A program made the position numbers and the translations under genes. From Lama glama (lineage: Eukaryota): 64,000 nt of DNA. How positions within the stretch are numbered: position 1 is the stretch's first letter; the number at the start of each line of letters is the position of its first letter. The notes under the pieces were generated by a model. It worked only from the letters and a program-made list of their open reading frames with translations, did no database searches and was not told the DNA's origin. Below, in pieces: positions 26,665 to 39,056 of the stretch. The stretch covers positions 37,388,001-37,452,000 of the forward strand of contig CM052816.1 in NCBI GenBank assembly GCA_028534125.1, given 5' to 3'.

Positions 26665-27189
26665 AGATTATTCAGTTACTGGAGTTACACTGTTTCTTCG
26701 TTTTTAGTTCCAGGTATGTGAAAGGCTAAGTGGGGCCTTTGGGCTCAATCAACATAAATAAGGGACCGTAAAATCTATGCTGAGTATTTCCACAATTTTT
26801 AAAACATGCTTATCAGATTTCTTTTACTGTTGGATTTTATTTCATATATTATTCCAAATGTGTGACAAGAGTTGTAGACTATGGAAAAATAGTAAGACAC
26901 ATTTCTCTGGGTACCTATTTTAAAAAGTGAATCTGTGTGTGTGCTACTTAAAGCTAAACTATTACACAAGATTTATAAAAGTTGAATTACTCAGAATAGT
27001 ACTGAAAGTTTCCATTTGTTTATCAAGAATTGATATAATAATGAGAGTGAGGAAGAAATTTAAGTGTCTTACTATCTAGGATATATTCTTACTAGAGGTG
27101 AGAAAAGCTAATATCTGAAGGAAGCTGAAGGAAAAGGTGATAGAATCTATAAGAAAATGTTCTAAGGTGGCAGATCTAAGCTGTCATGT

Positions 27190-28230
27190 CTACCACTTAA
27201 TACATTCTTTGAGCATCTTTTTCAAAATCACTCAAACACAAATGAAGGTAAAGGTCCAAATAGAATAATCTAAATTCAAAAATAATAAACAAAAATGATC
27301 CAAACATAGTGCACAGAGATTAAAAGTTCCCTTCTACACACAAACACACACACACAATAAAAGGAACATAGCATGGAGAAGACAGCTGAAGAATATATAC
27401 AAGATACACCCCAAAACAGAGACATTTCAAAATATTTCTGTATTCTAAACACATGAAACACAACACAGACTCTAAAAAAATTGACAGAAGATGGTAAGAA
27501 ATCAAGAATTTTAAATAGTGAGGTAAAGAGATTACTAGTTAAAATGAATATTATAAGAAACCCTTTTGTAAATAAGAACTCTGTTGGAAACAATGGAATG
27601 TAAAATGGATTCTATTGAAAATGGAATTAGTGACAAGAAGGGCAGTTAAAAAAATAAAGTATAGTATAAGGAACAAGGATAAATAAGTAATTCTTGTTCA
27701 TGATAAATAAGAATATAAAATGTAAAGAAATAATGGGTATCACTGAGAAAAAAATAAAGTATATGAAACAGATGAAAATTTTTCTAAGATCCAGTAAAAA
27801 AGATATTTTCCTTATTTGTCGTTAAGGAGAACTTTTCTCAGTGAAGGCCTAAATGAACATAATGCAAGAGCTTTTGTGGTATAAATGTAGATCTAATCTA
27901 GTTCTATGTACAGATATAAGTAAATATACTTATATAGAGAGAGAAAAATTGAACAACACTTTATCTTAAATATAAAAGATATAATTTTAGTCATTTATAT
28001 ATTTATATATCAAAAGATTATCTAAAAGGACAAAAATTAGATTCTTGACTTCTTTATTGCCACAATCATTGTTAGAGTACATGAAAGTAAGGTTCTTATT
28101 GGAGAGTAATAATTTTAAAACAAATGACACGATAGTTACAAATGCCATTTGAACATTAGAAGCTGCTTATACTCAAATTAGGACTCGTATATTATCATTT
28201 GTCCTTCTTGAAAATGTACTTGATGATAAA
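27190..28230 (+). mobile_element. Decayed HAL1 or L1 ORF1-like region
   Basis: A-rich, coiled-coil-like remnants (aaaatggattctattgaaaatggaattagtgac); no open frame. Confidence 0.4.
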
Positions 28231-28237
28231 ATCCAGC

Positions 28238-28472
28238 TGAGGTAGGCTGATAAAGGCTCCCAAAGATTTGTCTGTTTCCTAATTCCTAGAGGCTCTAAAT
28301 ATCACCTTATTTGGGGAAAAAAAGTCTGTTCAAATCAGATTAAAGATCATGAATTGAGAAGATCATCCTGGATTATCTGGGCGAGCCCTAAATGCAGTTA
28401 GAAGTATCCCTGTAAGAAAGATGCAAAGGAGAAAACACACGCACGCACACACGCACACACACACGCACACAT

Positions 28473-28505
<33 letters not shown>

Positions 28506-28525
28506 AGAAAGCAACATGAAGATAT
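28238..28525 (+). mobile_element. 5' half of a MaLR LTR (MLT1D/E-like) containing an expanded CA repeat
   Basis: tgaggtaggctgataaaggctcccaaaga...gagaagatcatcctggattatctgggcgagccctaaatgc matches the MLT1 5' region; breaks off after about 28525. Confidence 0.8.
28435..28503. repeat. (CA)n microsatellite with CG interruptions
   Basis: Directly visible, inside the MLT1 LTR. Confidence 0.95.
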
Positions 28526-28529
28526 ACCT

Positions 28530-29474
28530 GAGTGACCCTGTCTGGGGTAGTGGCCCCACTCTCTGGAACCAAGAAGTTCCTGTTGGCCTAGGTCCCCGAA
28601 TCTGTGCCCTCAGTGTCATTCTTCCTTCATTTCATTACATCTCTATCCCTTTCAGTGAGCTAGCTGATACAAAACTCTCAAAACCCTTTTGGCCATTCCT
28701 TGTTGGTATTCTGTGGCTGTTGTGGGAATCCACACATTAGATGCAAGGGCACTTCACAGATTCTTCCTGGATAACCACACCTCTGTCCCTGGCTTCTACT
28801 GACATGGACAATTGGATCCATAAATCGTACACTTAATTCTTTTTTCAAGTGTTTGTCCAGCCATGGGTGTGGCCCTATCTCCATAGCACAGTATTTTATA
28901 ATCATCAAGTACTGATTCTTTTTTGCCTAGCAGTTTCTTCAATTTTTATCTTTCCTCTCACATTTTTCTATTGTCAGTAAGGGGGGGCGGTGGGGGAAAA
29001 CCAGGCCATGCCTTCCACGCTTTGCTTGGAAATTACCTCGGGTAAATATCCAAGTTCATCAATTACAAGTTCTACTTTTTATAAAACAGTAGAACATAAT
29101 TCACCCAAGTTCTCTGCCACTTATAACAAGGATCACCTTCCCTCCAGTTTCCAATCATGTGGTCTTCATTTTCATCTGACACCTCCCCAGAAACACTTTG
29201 AATATTCATATTTCTCACAACATTCTGTGTATTATGATACATGTATTTTCTAAGATGATAGAAGCTTCCTCTACAGCCTTTTTTTTTTTCTGAGAGTTCA
29301 CTAGAATCATTGTTAACATCTATATTCCTAAGAACAATCTTTTCAAGGCAATCTGGGTTTTTTCTGTAATGAGCTTCAAAACTCTTCCATTCACTACTAT
29401 GACCCAAATCCAAAGCCACTTCCATATTTTCAAGTGTTTATGACAGCAGCACCCTACTTCCCAGTACCAAAATC
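28530..29474 (-). mobile_element. MaLR internal sequence (MLT1-int, 5' part)
   Basis: Minus strand starts gattttggtactgggaagtagggtgctgct directly after an MLT1 LTR; ORF 29072-29425(-) (NWREGDPCYK) resembles decayed MaLR gag-derived sequence. Confidence 0.82.
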
Positions 29475-29915
29475 TGTATTAATTTTGTAGAGATGCCATG
29501 ACAAAGTACCATAAACTGGATGGCCTAGTACAACAGAAATTTATTCTCTATCTTAAATGCTAGAAGATATCAAGGAGTTGGCAGGGCCACACTCTCTCAG
29601 TCTCTGGGAGAGAACCTGTTCTATGCCTGTCTCTTAGCTTCTGGTGTTGCCCCAAATCCTTGGCATTCCATGACTTGTAGTGCATAATTCCAATCTCTGC
29701 CTCTGTTGTTACATGGTATTCCCTCCCTGTGTCCTCACATTGTCTTTTTATAAGGATATCAGCCCTATTAGATTAAGGTCCACGCCACTCTGATACAAAC
29801 TTGTCTTAAGTAATTATATCTGCAATGGCTCCATCCTCAAATAAGGCCACCTTCTGTTGTACTGGAGAGTAAGCCCTCAACATATCCTGTTTGGGGACAT
29901 AGTGAAACCCATAGA
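29475..29915 (-). mobile_element. MaLR 5' LTR (MLT1C-like)
   Basis: tgtattaattttgtag...aaagtaccataaactggatggc...caacagaaatttattct...taaggatatcagccctattagattaagg...aaacccata. Confidence 0.85.
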
Positions 29916-30655
29916 AAGTACTGATGCTTGTGACGACACGGATGAACTTCAAAAAAGTTACGTTGGGTGAAGGAAGCCAGACAACCACCACATATAATAT
30001 TCATATGATATTAAATATCCAGAATCGGTAAGTCCGTAAAGGTAGAAATCAGATTAGTGGCTGCCACAGACAGGAGGGATGAGGGAATGGGGAGTAACTG
30101 TGTAATGGGTGTGGGGTTTCTTTTCAGATGAAAATATTTGGAACTTATATTAGTCCACTCAGGCTGCCATAACAAAATACCACAGACTGGTTGGCTTAAC
30201 AATGGAAATTTATTTCTCACAGTTCTGGAGGCTGGAGGTCCAAGATCTAGGAGTGGGCAATGTTGGGTTCTAGTGAGACCTTCCTCCTTGGCTTGCAGAT
30301 GGCCACCTTCTCCCTCTCTCAAAACCTTCTCCCTCTGTCCTCACATGGCCTTTTTTCTGGGTGCACCCACTCCTGGTACACCTTTCTTTTTTCATAAGGA
30401 CACCAGTCCCATTGGATTAGGGCCGCACCCTATGATCACATTTAACCTTGATTACCTCCTAAAATGTTCTATCTCCAAATGCAGTCACATTGAGGGTTAG
30501 GGCTTCAGCATTTGAATTTGGGGGCACAATTCAGTCTGTAACAGAACTAGATAGAATGGTATTCACAACATTGTGAATACACTAAATGCCACTTTGTTGT
30601 TCTCTTTAAAATGGTTAATATTATGTTATATGAATTTTGCCTCAATAAAAAAATT
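29916..30655 (+). mobile_element. Old LINE-1 3' end (L1MB-like), split by the LTR at 30146-30543
   Basis: acacggatgaacttcaaaaa...gaaggaagccagaca...agattagtggctgcc; resumes at 30549 with cacaacattgtgaatacactaaatgccact...ctcaataaaaaaa. Confidence 0.85.
30146..30543 (-). mobile_element. MaLR solo LTR (MLT1A/B-like), 398 bp
   Basis: Exact 5-bp TSD GAACT at 30141-30145 and 30544-30548; body ggctgccataacaaaataccacagactgg...tttatttctcacagttctggaggctgg. Confidence 0.92.
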
Positions 30656-32948
30656 TTAAAGCAAATTTAAATCATCACATCTTCCATATTATATATAACT
30701 ATTCATGATTAAATAATGTTCAAGTATAACAAAGATTTGTTTGTATACCTTCACCTTCATTAAAATAAATATAATCAATTTTATTCCATAAAATATTTAA
30801 TATCAGCATGTAAATTAATTTTAATATATTATATGGGATTTCATTTTAGAGACTGATGAAAGTTTAACCTCAAGTTGAAATACTGACTACGAATGCTAAA
30901 TACAATATGTTCTTTTGGGGTTTCAGAAACTACTATTTGAAAATAATTATATGAAAGTAATTAGATCCTAATTATTTATTTGGCAAGCCACTGATGCCAT
31001 TCATCAATTATTTATGTTTAATTATGTATCAACTGTTTATGTTAAAATAGTCATTTATAAAATCTCTCACAATCCATGTAACTAGTTGTCTCTTAATATT
31101 TGATGAAGTTTAAAGGTCAGTATTAAAAAAATGAGTCCAATTTTAAATAGCGGTAACAATGTATTCAGATTTGAACAATTATTAAGGAGTGACACATTTA
31201 GTTGAGATCATAGCAAGTATGTAACCATCTTTATCATTCAAGAATGTTCCCTTTATCTCTTCCTATAATCTATAACCTCATGTCATATATGCAGTTACGT
31301 CTGAGAACATCATGATATAGTCATGACTGGTAATTTGCCTGTTGTTTTTGAGTAATTATTTGTATAACCCTAGGGTAGAATAGGGCTAACATTCCTTCTG
31401 TTCTAATGAATATATATATTTTCCTAACTTTACAGTCCAATTCTGTTGACAGTAATAGTCTGTTTCCAAAAGTGACAATTCAAACTGATATTGAATTGAA
31501 TTGTTCAACAGCACTACTTAAATGAACTATTATTGTCCCATTCCTGAAAATATTGAAAACATGCAAGTTTCAGCTTCCTTTCTTTACCAAATAGTAAGTC
31601 AAAATTATGAGGAGATATATAATTAACAGGGATTAATATGATAGGAAACGTTAGCTTCCCAGATCATTGAAGGGCACTGGGCATTCCCATGGGAAATTTC
31701 AATCTTCAAAAACAATTCTGGTTCACTCATAATAGCCAAAGATAAAATGGGGAAACACAGCCCCTATATTCCAACCAGAGGCCTTTCTGTGTGTGCCAGA
31801 TCCCAGATGAGATATACAGCAGTTGGTCTGTCTTGAATGTGTCATTTCTAATACTTACTTAGATGCCTGCAAGGCACAATCTCACTGTCACTTCCCCAAA
31901 CCAGTTCTGTCATACAGGAAACATCCAGTCTTAAGTAGTGTAACAAAATAAAGGACAGGAATGAAGAAGGGATAAAAGGAAAGAAAACGAAGTGAACAAG
32001 GAAGGAGGGAGGAAGGGAGAGGACAAAAAGGAAAAAAAAAAGCAGGAAGGATGAAAAATGTAAGACCAGTCTATTAGATTTAGTTCATAATACGTGACTG
32101 TTCTTTTGTCATCTTTTAGTCCATATTCTCTCATATTTTAGCTACTGAACTATGGAAAATATTCCCATAAATAGAATAGCACTTTCTCCAACAGAAAGAA
32201 AATTAATCCTGTAATACTTACCTGATATTTAAAGAAGTTTAGTTGGAGGCAAGAAGAAAGGCTAATAACTAAATCAATTCCACTCACTATATATTTTGAT
32301 TTCAATAGTGACTCTTATCTAGTCAGTTCTTTGCATGCCTCTGTTCATCTCTTTCACATTCCTTCACGCTCTTAGGTATGACATACATTTTAGTCAACCG
32401 TCCTAAGATTCTCAAAGTCCCATATGACTGGATCATAAGCAGGAATAAAGCAGGCAGTCAACAATCCAACCTCCATGCTTGAGATCTCTGGTCTTAACCT
32501 CAAGTAACACAGAAGATGCTTTGTACTCAAGTCCATCTTTATGATTTACCTCTGTCCTCGAAGCCAGGAGCAAAGCGCTTATCTGGGACTAGCAGAACCT
32601 CCTTGACAAAAGAAGCCAGGGCAGTTGCCTTGGGCAGCTACTCTGGGATCCTCAGTCACTCTACAGCATGGTTTTATCTTGGCCTCCCTACTGAATTCTA
32701 TCCTCTTTGATTTTTCTGTTGAAAAATTATCTCACTGTATTTACAAAGAGAAGATTAACCTGGTTTTGCAGTCTAGGCAAAATTAATTCATGTCAGACTT
32801 AGAGAGCATGCCAGAATTTCTCATTAAAGCGAACTCAAGCTTTAGAGAGTCGTGTCTTGGTGCTTTAAGAAATCTTAGGGATCATCTACTGCATTGTTTC
32901 ACAAATCTGGTGCCGTGAAAAACTTCATTATCTGATATCATTAGATTA

Positions 32949-33277
32949 TAGGGGTCACAATCACAACTGCCAGACAATATCATAAATGAGTGAGTCTGGG
33001 CAAATACTAAAGATGTAGGAGTGCTAAGAATGCTGGTGAACCTGAAAGTTTGTTCTCCTTATCCGCTGCATTTTCTTTCTACAAGTGGCTAGTAGTCAGC
33101 CTCCTCTGATTGTTGTCATGCTGGATTTGGACTCAAAATTGCCCACCGATACTTTTTTTAAAAGAAAATTTAGTATTTTCAATTTATGTAAAATGTCCTA
33201 AATATAAGCACATATATCCTTTAAAAGCGTATCTCTGAGGCAGATCCAGCCACCTGGTTATCGGTTTGTGAGCTTTG
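32949..33277 (-). mobile_element. MER102-like hAT-Charlie element
   Basis: Termini taggggtcacaa / gtttgtgagctttg with subterminal gcagatccagccacctgg. Confidence 0.6.
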
Positions 33278-34799
33278 TTTATTAAGTGCCCAACCAAAAC
33301 ATGATCCCATGATTAAACATGCTTTTGAAATTTTGAAATGAACAGTGTGAAACTCCTTTCTTTGCTCCACAACTTCAGAGTTTATAATATTTAAATGGAA
33401 TGGTGAATTCTAAAAAAAAAAAAAAAAGAATATGATGTGGAGAAGAATTCAGGAGGCTAACATTTGTGAACCCATTTTAGAACTATCAACCTTAGTTTAA
33501 CATTCACTGGCCTGCTGCTGTAGTTATTTTCCAATTTTATAGATATATTTTAAAGTGCCAGAGGAGCTTGCAGGCAAGTAGTAGGGACATATGTTTGATG
33601 CGGGACCCAAAATAATCTAATACATGTCAACAAAGAGAGTTAGGTACTCTCCTAAGAAGGGAACACATTCTTCCTCGGAGGCTGGCTACCTCGTTGTATT
33701 CATCCACAAGTCTATCCTGCTACTCTATCGTGCATTCAACTCACACAAAGAATTCCCACTATTCTGCTTTCAAGCTTACCAAGTATTACTCTTATGAAGT
33801 TTTTTTTTTTTTGTCAAGAAAGATGGACAACCAGATTAATCAGTTTAATTAGCAGTTGTGATTCTCATTGTAAATTAATAAGTGGATATACTGTTTTTTA
33901 AACATTAGTCTCTTGTGACTTTGCCAGCATTTCGTTAGCATACTCAATTCTAATCAATCTGTAATAATGACAAATTAAATTCATAGAACATTCTGGGAAC
34001 TAAAGCCTAAATGATGATGAATTGATCATGTTAAATTTCACTTTATGGGTAACTGCCTGTCTAGCCAGACAGCCAGCATTACCCAGGTTTTTATGGACTC
34101 CTGGTGTTAGCCTTGAAATACATTTTAAAGCAAGCACTAAGAAAAAGTACAAGTAGAAATTTAGAATATTCTGAACACATAATATTTATTGTACCAGCAT
34201 GTGTGAAAATGTATAACTTCGTGGAAGATTTGTAATTATAACATAAGTTGAAACTTCCAAATATTAAATTTAAGATGATTGTAAAATGAAAAAAAAATAA
34301 CACATTTTATTTTATTGAACATTCAAGTAATTGATATTACACAATTGTCACACAATATGTTCTCAACAATAATCAAAAAGAAAAATACTTTACAGAAATG
34401 CTATTTTGGTTTTCCAGTTTGGCTGTGTAGAAATGGAAGTTAATTTTATGTAATTAAAATGAACTCCACAGAGTTAAGGAATAAATGCCAAATTTCTTCT
34501 TATTTCTCCCAGTAAAAATTTCAGAAATAGGACAAATGGTCTTAAATATTATGACTGTTTTACAAATGGTTTTAAATATTAAAATTATTAAAATATTAAT
34601 TATTTTGCATTAAGAGTTGTACTCTGAGTAACAGAATAATGAACAATTATAAAACTGTCTCTAAGAACTTGGCTTTCTGGTGTCATCCTTAATTAATTGT
34701 AAAGTGAGTATTACAGCTTAGTCTTACTGCATTTTGTATGAGTTTATTAGATTTTATAGACTTCTAAAAGTTAATTATTTCTATAAAATATATATCAAA

Positions 34800-35900
34800 A
34801 TGTATTCATTTGCAAAGAAATTATTAAACAGTCATTATATGCAAGGATAGGTGTCAGGAATTAAGAAAACAAGAAAAAACAAATTTAAGAGTAAAAAATA
34901 AGCAAAAACGATTAAAAAGCAAAAAAAAAAAAAAAAAGCAGATGATCCCTCAATGAAGACAAATAAAATCTCATAAATACCTGGCAGCAAGAAAGATTCC
35001 TGTTATTGTTCTAGAGTAGATTGTGATATAAAAGTGGGAACAGTTAGGGCTAATGGAAACAGTGACGCCTAATTAAGGGTAGACCATTTTCAATGTTTGA
35101 ACAAACTGGGAGCCGTGGCGGGCTTTGAAGCAAGGAAGAACTAATGAGATCACTGCTTCCAGCACAGTGAATGAAACAGAAGGGGCTAACTTGAGTAAAA
35201 TAAGTCATGTATGCAGTTTTTCACTATAATCAGTTTGAAGCTCATAAATTTTGTGAATTACAATATTGTAGTACACTGGTGTGCAAACTACTGCCTGTAG
35301 GATAAATTTGGTCTGCCCATTGTTTTGTAAATAAAGTTTTATTGGAACACATCACAACCATTTGCTTATGTATTATCTATGGCTGTTTTCATACTATAAA
35401 AGCAGAGTTCAATAAGTGAGACAGAGATCACAAGCCTAAAATATTTGCCACCTGGCTCTTTAAAGAAGATGTTTGCTGACCTTTGCTGTAGTTGAAACTA
35501 TAGTCATACATATGATTGATGAGATCATAAGGGAGCATGTATGAGATGGGAAGAACACTTGGAATTGATCTCCAAGGTGTTCCTAAATTTAAAAAAAAAA
35601 AAAAGGAGACCAGAAGATAGAATGAAAAAGGGGGTTAACTATCTAGCAGAAAAAGTAGGAGTCTGTGGTGCTACAAAAGGCAAGACTCTACAGTGACTTA
35701 TGGAAGAAGAATGATCAATAATACCAAACACTGTCAAAGTTCTAATGAGATATACACTGAGAACTAGGAATGAGTGATTGGTATCTTGGGTAAGAGTAGT
35801 TCCTATAGACGTAGAATGTAAGAAGTGAGCACAGCACAAAGAATAAAAGGAAGATTGGAAAACAGAAGGAGAAAACCTATGAAAAATGGCTTTAATTGGG
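34800..35900 (-). mobile_element. L2 fragments hosting the MER58A element
   Basis: L2 terminus-like attcatttgcaaagaaattattaaaca and purine-rich L2 body (ggagtctgtggtgctacaaaaggcaag). Confidence 0.5.
35274..35485 (+). mobile_element. MER58A-like hAT-Charlie MITE
   Basis: ttttgtaaataaagttttattggaacac core, decayed terminal inverted repeats (gcaaac / gtttgc), 8-bp TSD remnant TTGTAGTA / CTGTAGTT. Confidence 0.88.
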
Positions 35901-38900
35901 AGTAAGCAGGATGAAAGGAAACTTTTGTAAAATGTCTTTTAATGCCAGAAACTAGTTACCCTTTCGAATATGGGAAAGAATGGTATTCAGAGCAAAGTAA
36001 AGAAACTCTGCTTCTATTACAACAAAAAGGAAGGAGGGATGTCATATGGAAATGAAGGTGTTTTCGTTTCTGTATAGGACATTTAATGGTATCTCTCCAA
36101 CGTATTGTTTCTCACTGTTAGAAGGAAGTGTTAGGAAGAAAGTTCCTTCTTAAGACTGAGGGATGAGGCGAAATAATTAGAATTTAGAGGTGTGAGAAAA
36201 AAGTTTTAATATACTGACGGGTAGAGTGTGAACAAGAACAAACATGAAAATGGAGACAAGTTAATGAGCTGCACGAGGATGCGGTGCCGCCTTCCGTGAG
36301 GAGGCAGACGGCAGGCTCGGAGTAGCTCAGATGCAGTTGCCAACGGCCTCCGCCTGCAGCCGATTAGGAAACCAATAGAGAAACTGGTGATGATGAGAAA
36401 AGCCGATAGAGGGACTAAACGTGGACTTAGTCCTTCATGTTGGGAGGAGAATCCCCAGGAAAAGCCATTTTTGTTGTCCAGGTGATAAGAAGCGAGTTCC
36501 CCGGGTCACTTTGGCACAACCCTGCTCCTCCCACCATAGCAAGATAGGGCTTTATTCTATGAGGAGCGCGGGGAGAAAGGGACAGATAGGGCACATGCTA
36601 AAGGGCAAAGAAGAAAAGAATTTGAGTGTGATGGACAGTGACTGGAAGAACTACAGAGGAAGCAGGTGGTAGGGTGAGTGGAAGCGACAGGAGGCTTCAA
36701 TGAGGCAAATGAAGTAATGCGTTTGGGGTTCCTGTAAGAGCGCTGAAAAGGTGAACATATGCAGAGTGAGACATCTTTACTGTGTCAGGTGAAGGGCCAC
36801 GTTATGATTTTACTTTTTTCCATCAGCTCCTTTCTATCTTCAGTTCTTTCTTGGCCCATGTTATGGATAAGGCTAAGTGGGGAGAGAAATGTGTCAAAAG
36901 GCTGAGGAAGTACTGCAATAAATTATCGTAACTGAGTGGGAGGAAGTATGCATAGCTTGGGAAAGACACTAGGGTAGGGGGTTGATACTACAGGCTTTAT
37001 ATCTTGGGCAGGGACCAAGCATAGCAAGCCGATGGGTTTAACTGGCTGAATCTTCAGTAGTTTAATTCCAGTATAACCTGCCTCCCAAGACCATTAGGGC
37101 AGCCAAGGCAGGGGACTCAGGGACAGGATGTCTAGACTGGTGGTTAGACACAGGTTACATTGGTATCACCAATTCATTTCTTAAAAATGCTGTTTGTAGG
37201 CTATGTTCACTGGCAACCAAAGCAGAACCATTAGCATTGAGACGAAAATACGCATTAAAAAATATCTCTGGACACAGAATTGGACACTGCGCCCCAGATA
37301 GCAAAGCATCCTTGTATAGATTAAGATTTGAACACTTCTTCCCTAGAGTTCCTGTGGTTCAGGCAGAGATGTTCAGACCAGACTGTAGACATGAGACAGC
37401 CTAGAGCATATTACCAGGGGACTCTGACTTATTTATATTTAGTTTCCTTCATACATGCCTTTTAATTCAACAACACTCAAATGTAACTAGGATTTATTTT
37501 GTTGTGCATTCTTCTGATGCTTTGAAGTAAAATGAAGCTATTAAGAAATGCAGTTTATATAAAACATTTTTTTCAGGTTAAGGCTATTAGATCATTGCCA
37601 TGATAACTGAAGGATAAAGCTGAAGCTATGTTATTTTTGAGCCACATTATTTTAGTACACATTTTGCATGCTGCCGATTTATAGGCTGTAGATATATGGA
37701 ATCTTTAAGAAAATTACATGTCTATGCTATTAATTTCAGCCTGATTTGTTCTTCCAAATTATGTTTTTAATGAAAATGAACCAAAGGGTCAGGTTGCCTA
37801 GAGTTTGCCTTAATCGGTGGTCACAGAGTCAGCTGTTATTTTTGTAACTGGTAGTCAGCAACAAAGTGCAATCCAAAGAATGTATTTAGAACACCAAGAG
37901 AAAAGAGAATTTAAATGTGTGAAAAAGAAAATGGTTCACTAAAATCTAAACATTTATTTTAGATGTAAACCTATAATCTATGCTTTTTCCATGTTTTTCT
38001 ATAGGTGGGAAAGTACAAATTTCTATTTATGATAATTTTCTATGAAATTCTGGTGTTAAATATTTGCTGATCTATCTAAATAATACCAACTCCTTTATTA
38101 TTAATGACACTGGTACCAATACTAATACTGGGGTACAGTGAGGTTAAATTGACAGCCAAGGTCAAGAGAAAAACTATTAATAAAATTCACCCTTTCTGAT
38201 CCAGTTGTAGGATGCTGTATCACACCTCACTCTCTAGAGTCTTCCTAGATTGACAGACATTATGTTCAATCATTTGAAATCGTTCCATTTTGGAGTAAAG
38301 GAATGCGGAAGTACCAACAGACATTTTTATCATTCATACAAACAACATAAACACTGAGGGACAAACAGCTGAATAATGTCTCAAAATATCCTAATCTTTA
38401 GAACACTATAACATGAAATGAATATGAAAAATTGTGTTTGAAAATACTTTTATGTTTACATTTTAGACTATATCTGTAATTCAGTGGTAAAACCTAAAAA
38501 AGCTGTGAATGGAAGCATAATTTTCAATTGGACCATCTAGTTGAGTGTTCTAGTTGCACCCAATATACAACAGAAAAATTGAATTTTGTAATCACATCAC
38601 CATGTAGACTGCTTCTAAGTTTTAAGCAGAAAGTTAGGGAGTTATTATAAATGACATCTAAGTTAAATTGTGGATTTTTTTATTTTATGACTTGTAAAAC
38701 AGAGTAAGTAGTAAGATTTGAAAAAAAAAATCTAATTGGTACTGTGGTTTTGCTTATTTCAGTGATTGGTTGTGTTTTTAAGACTCATTCAAGGGCATTG
38801 AGTTTCTCAGTCCAAGACAGATGGATGGGCAAACTTGACCTCCGACAAGTACATGTGGCTTCTGGGTACTACATTCTGGAAGTATTTACGTAGGTGTTGT

Positions 38901-39056
38901 TAATAGTCACTAATCCAAATGCTGAATGCCTCTTCTCTGCCCATTTTTCCCCAGGACCCCCTGGACCTTCCCATATTCCATCAGACAGAGGGATTTTACA
39001 GGGCTCTGACCCTGCAGGTGACTTACAGGACTGACGAGGTAACATACTGTAGACCC

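Noticed and set aside
28363..28740. Cys/Val- and His/Thr-rich ORFs
   Set aside because: Translations of the (CA)n microsatellite.
30011..30500. Overlapping 103-aa and 120-aa ORFs
   Set aside because: Mostly within an MLT1 LTR and adjacent L1.
34532..34581. 20-bp near-identical direct repeats (also 8890-8933)
   Set aside because: Only two copies each; simple local duplications, not an array.
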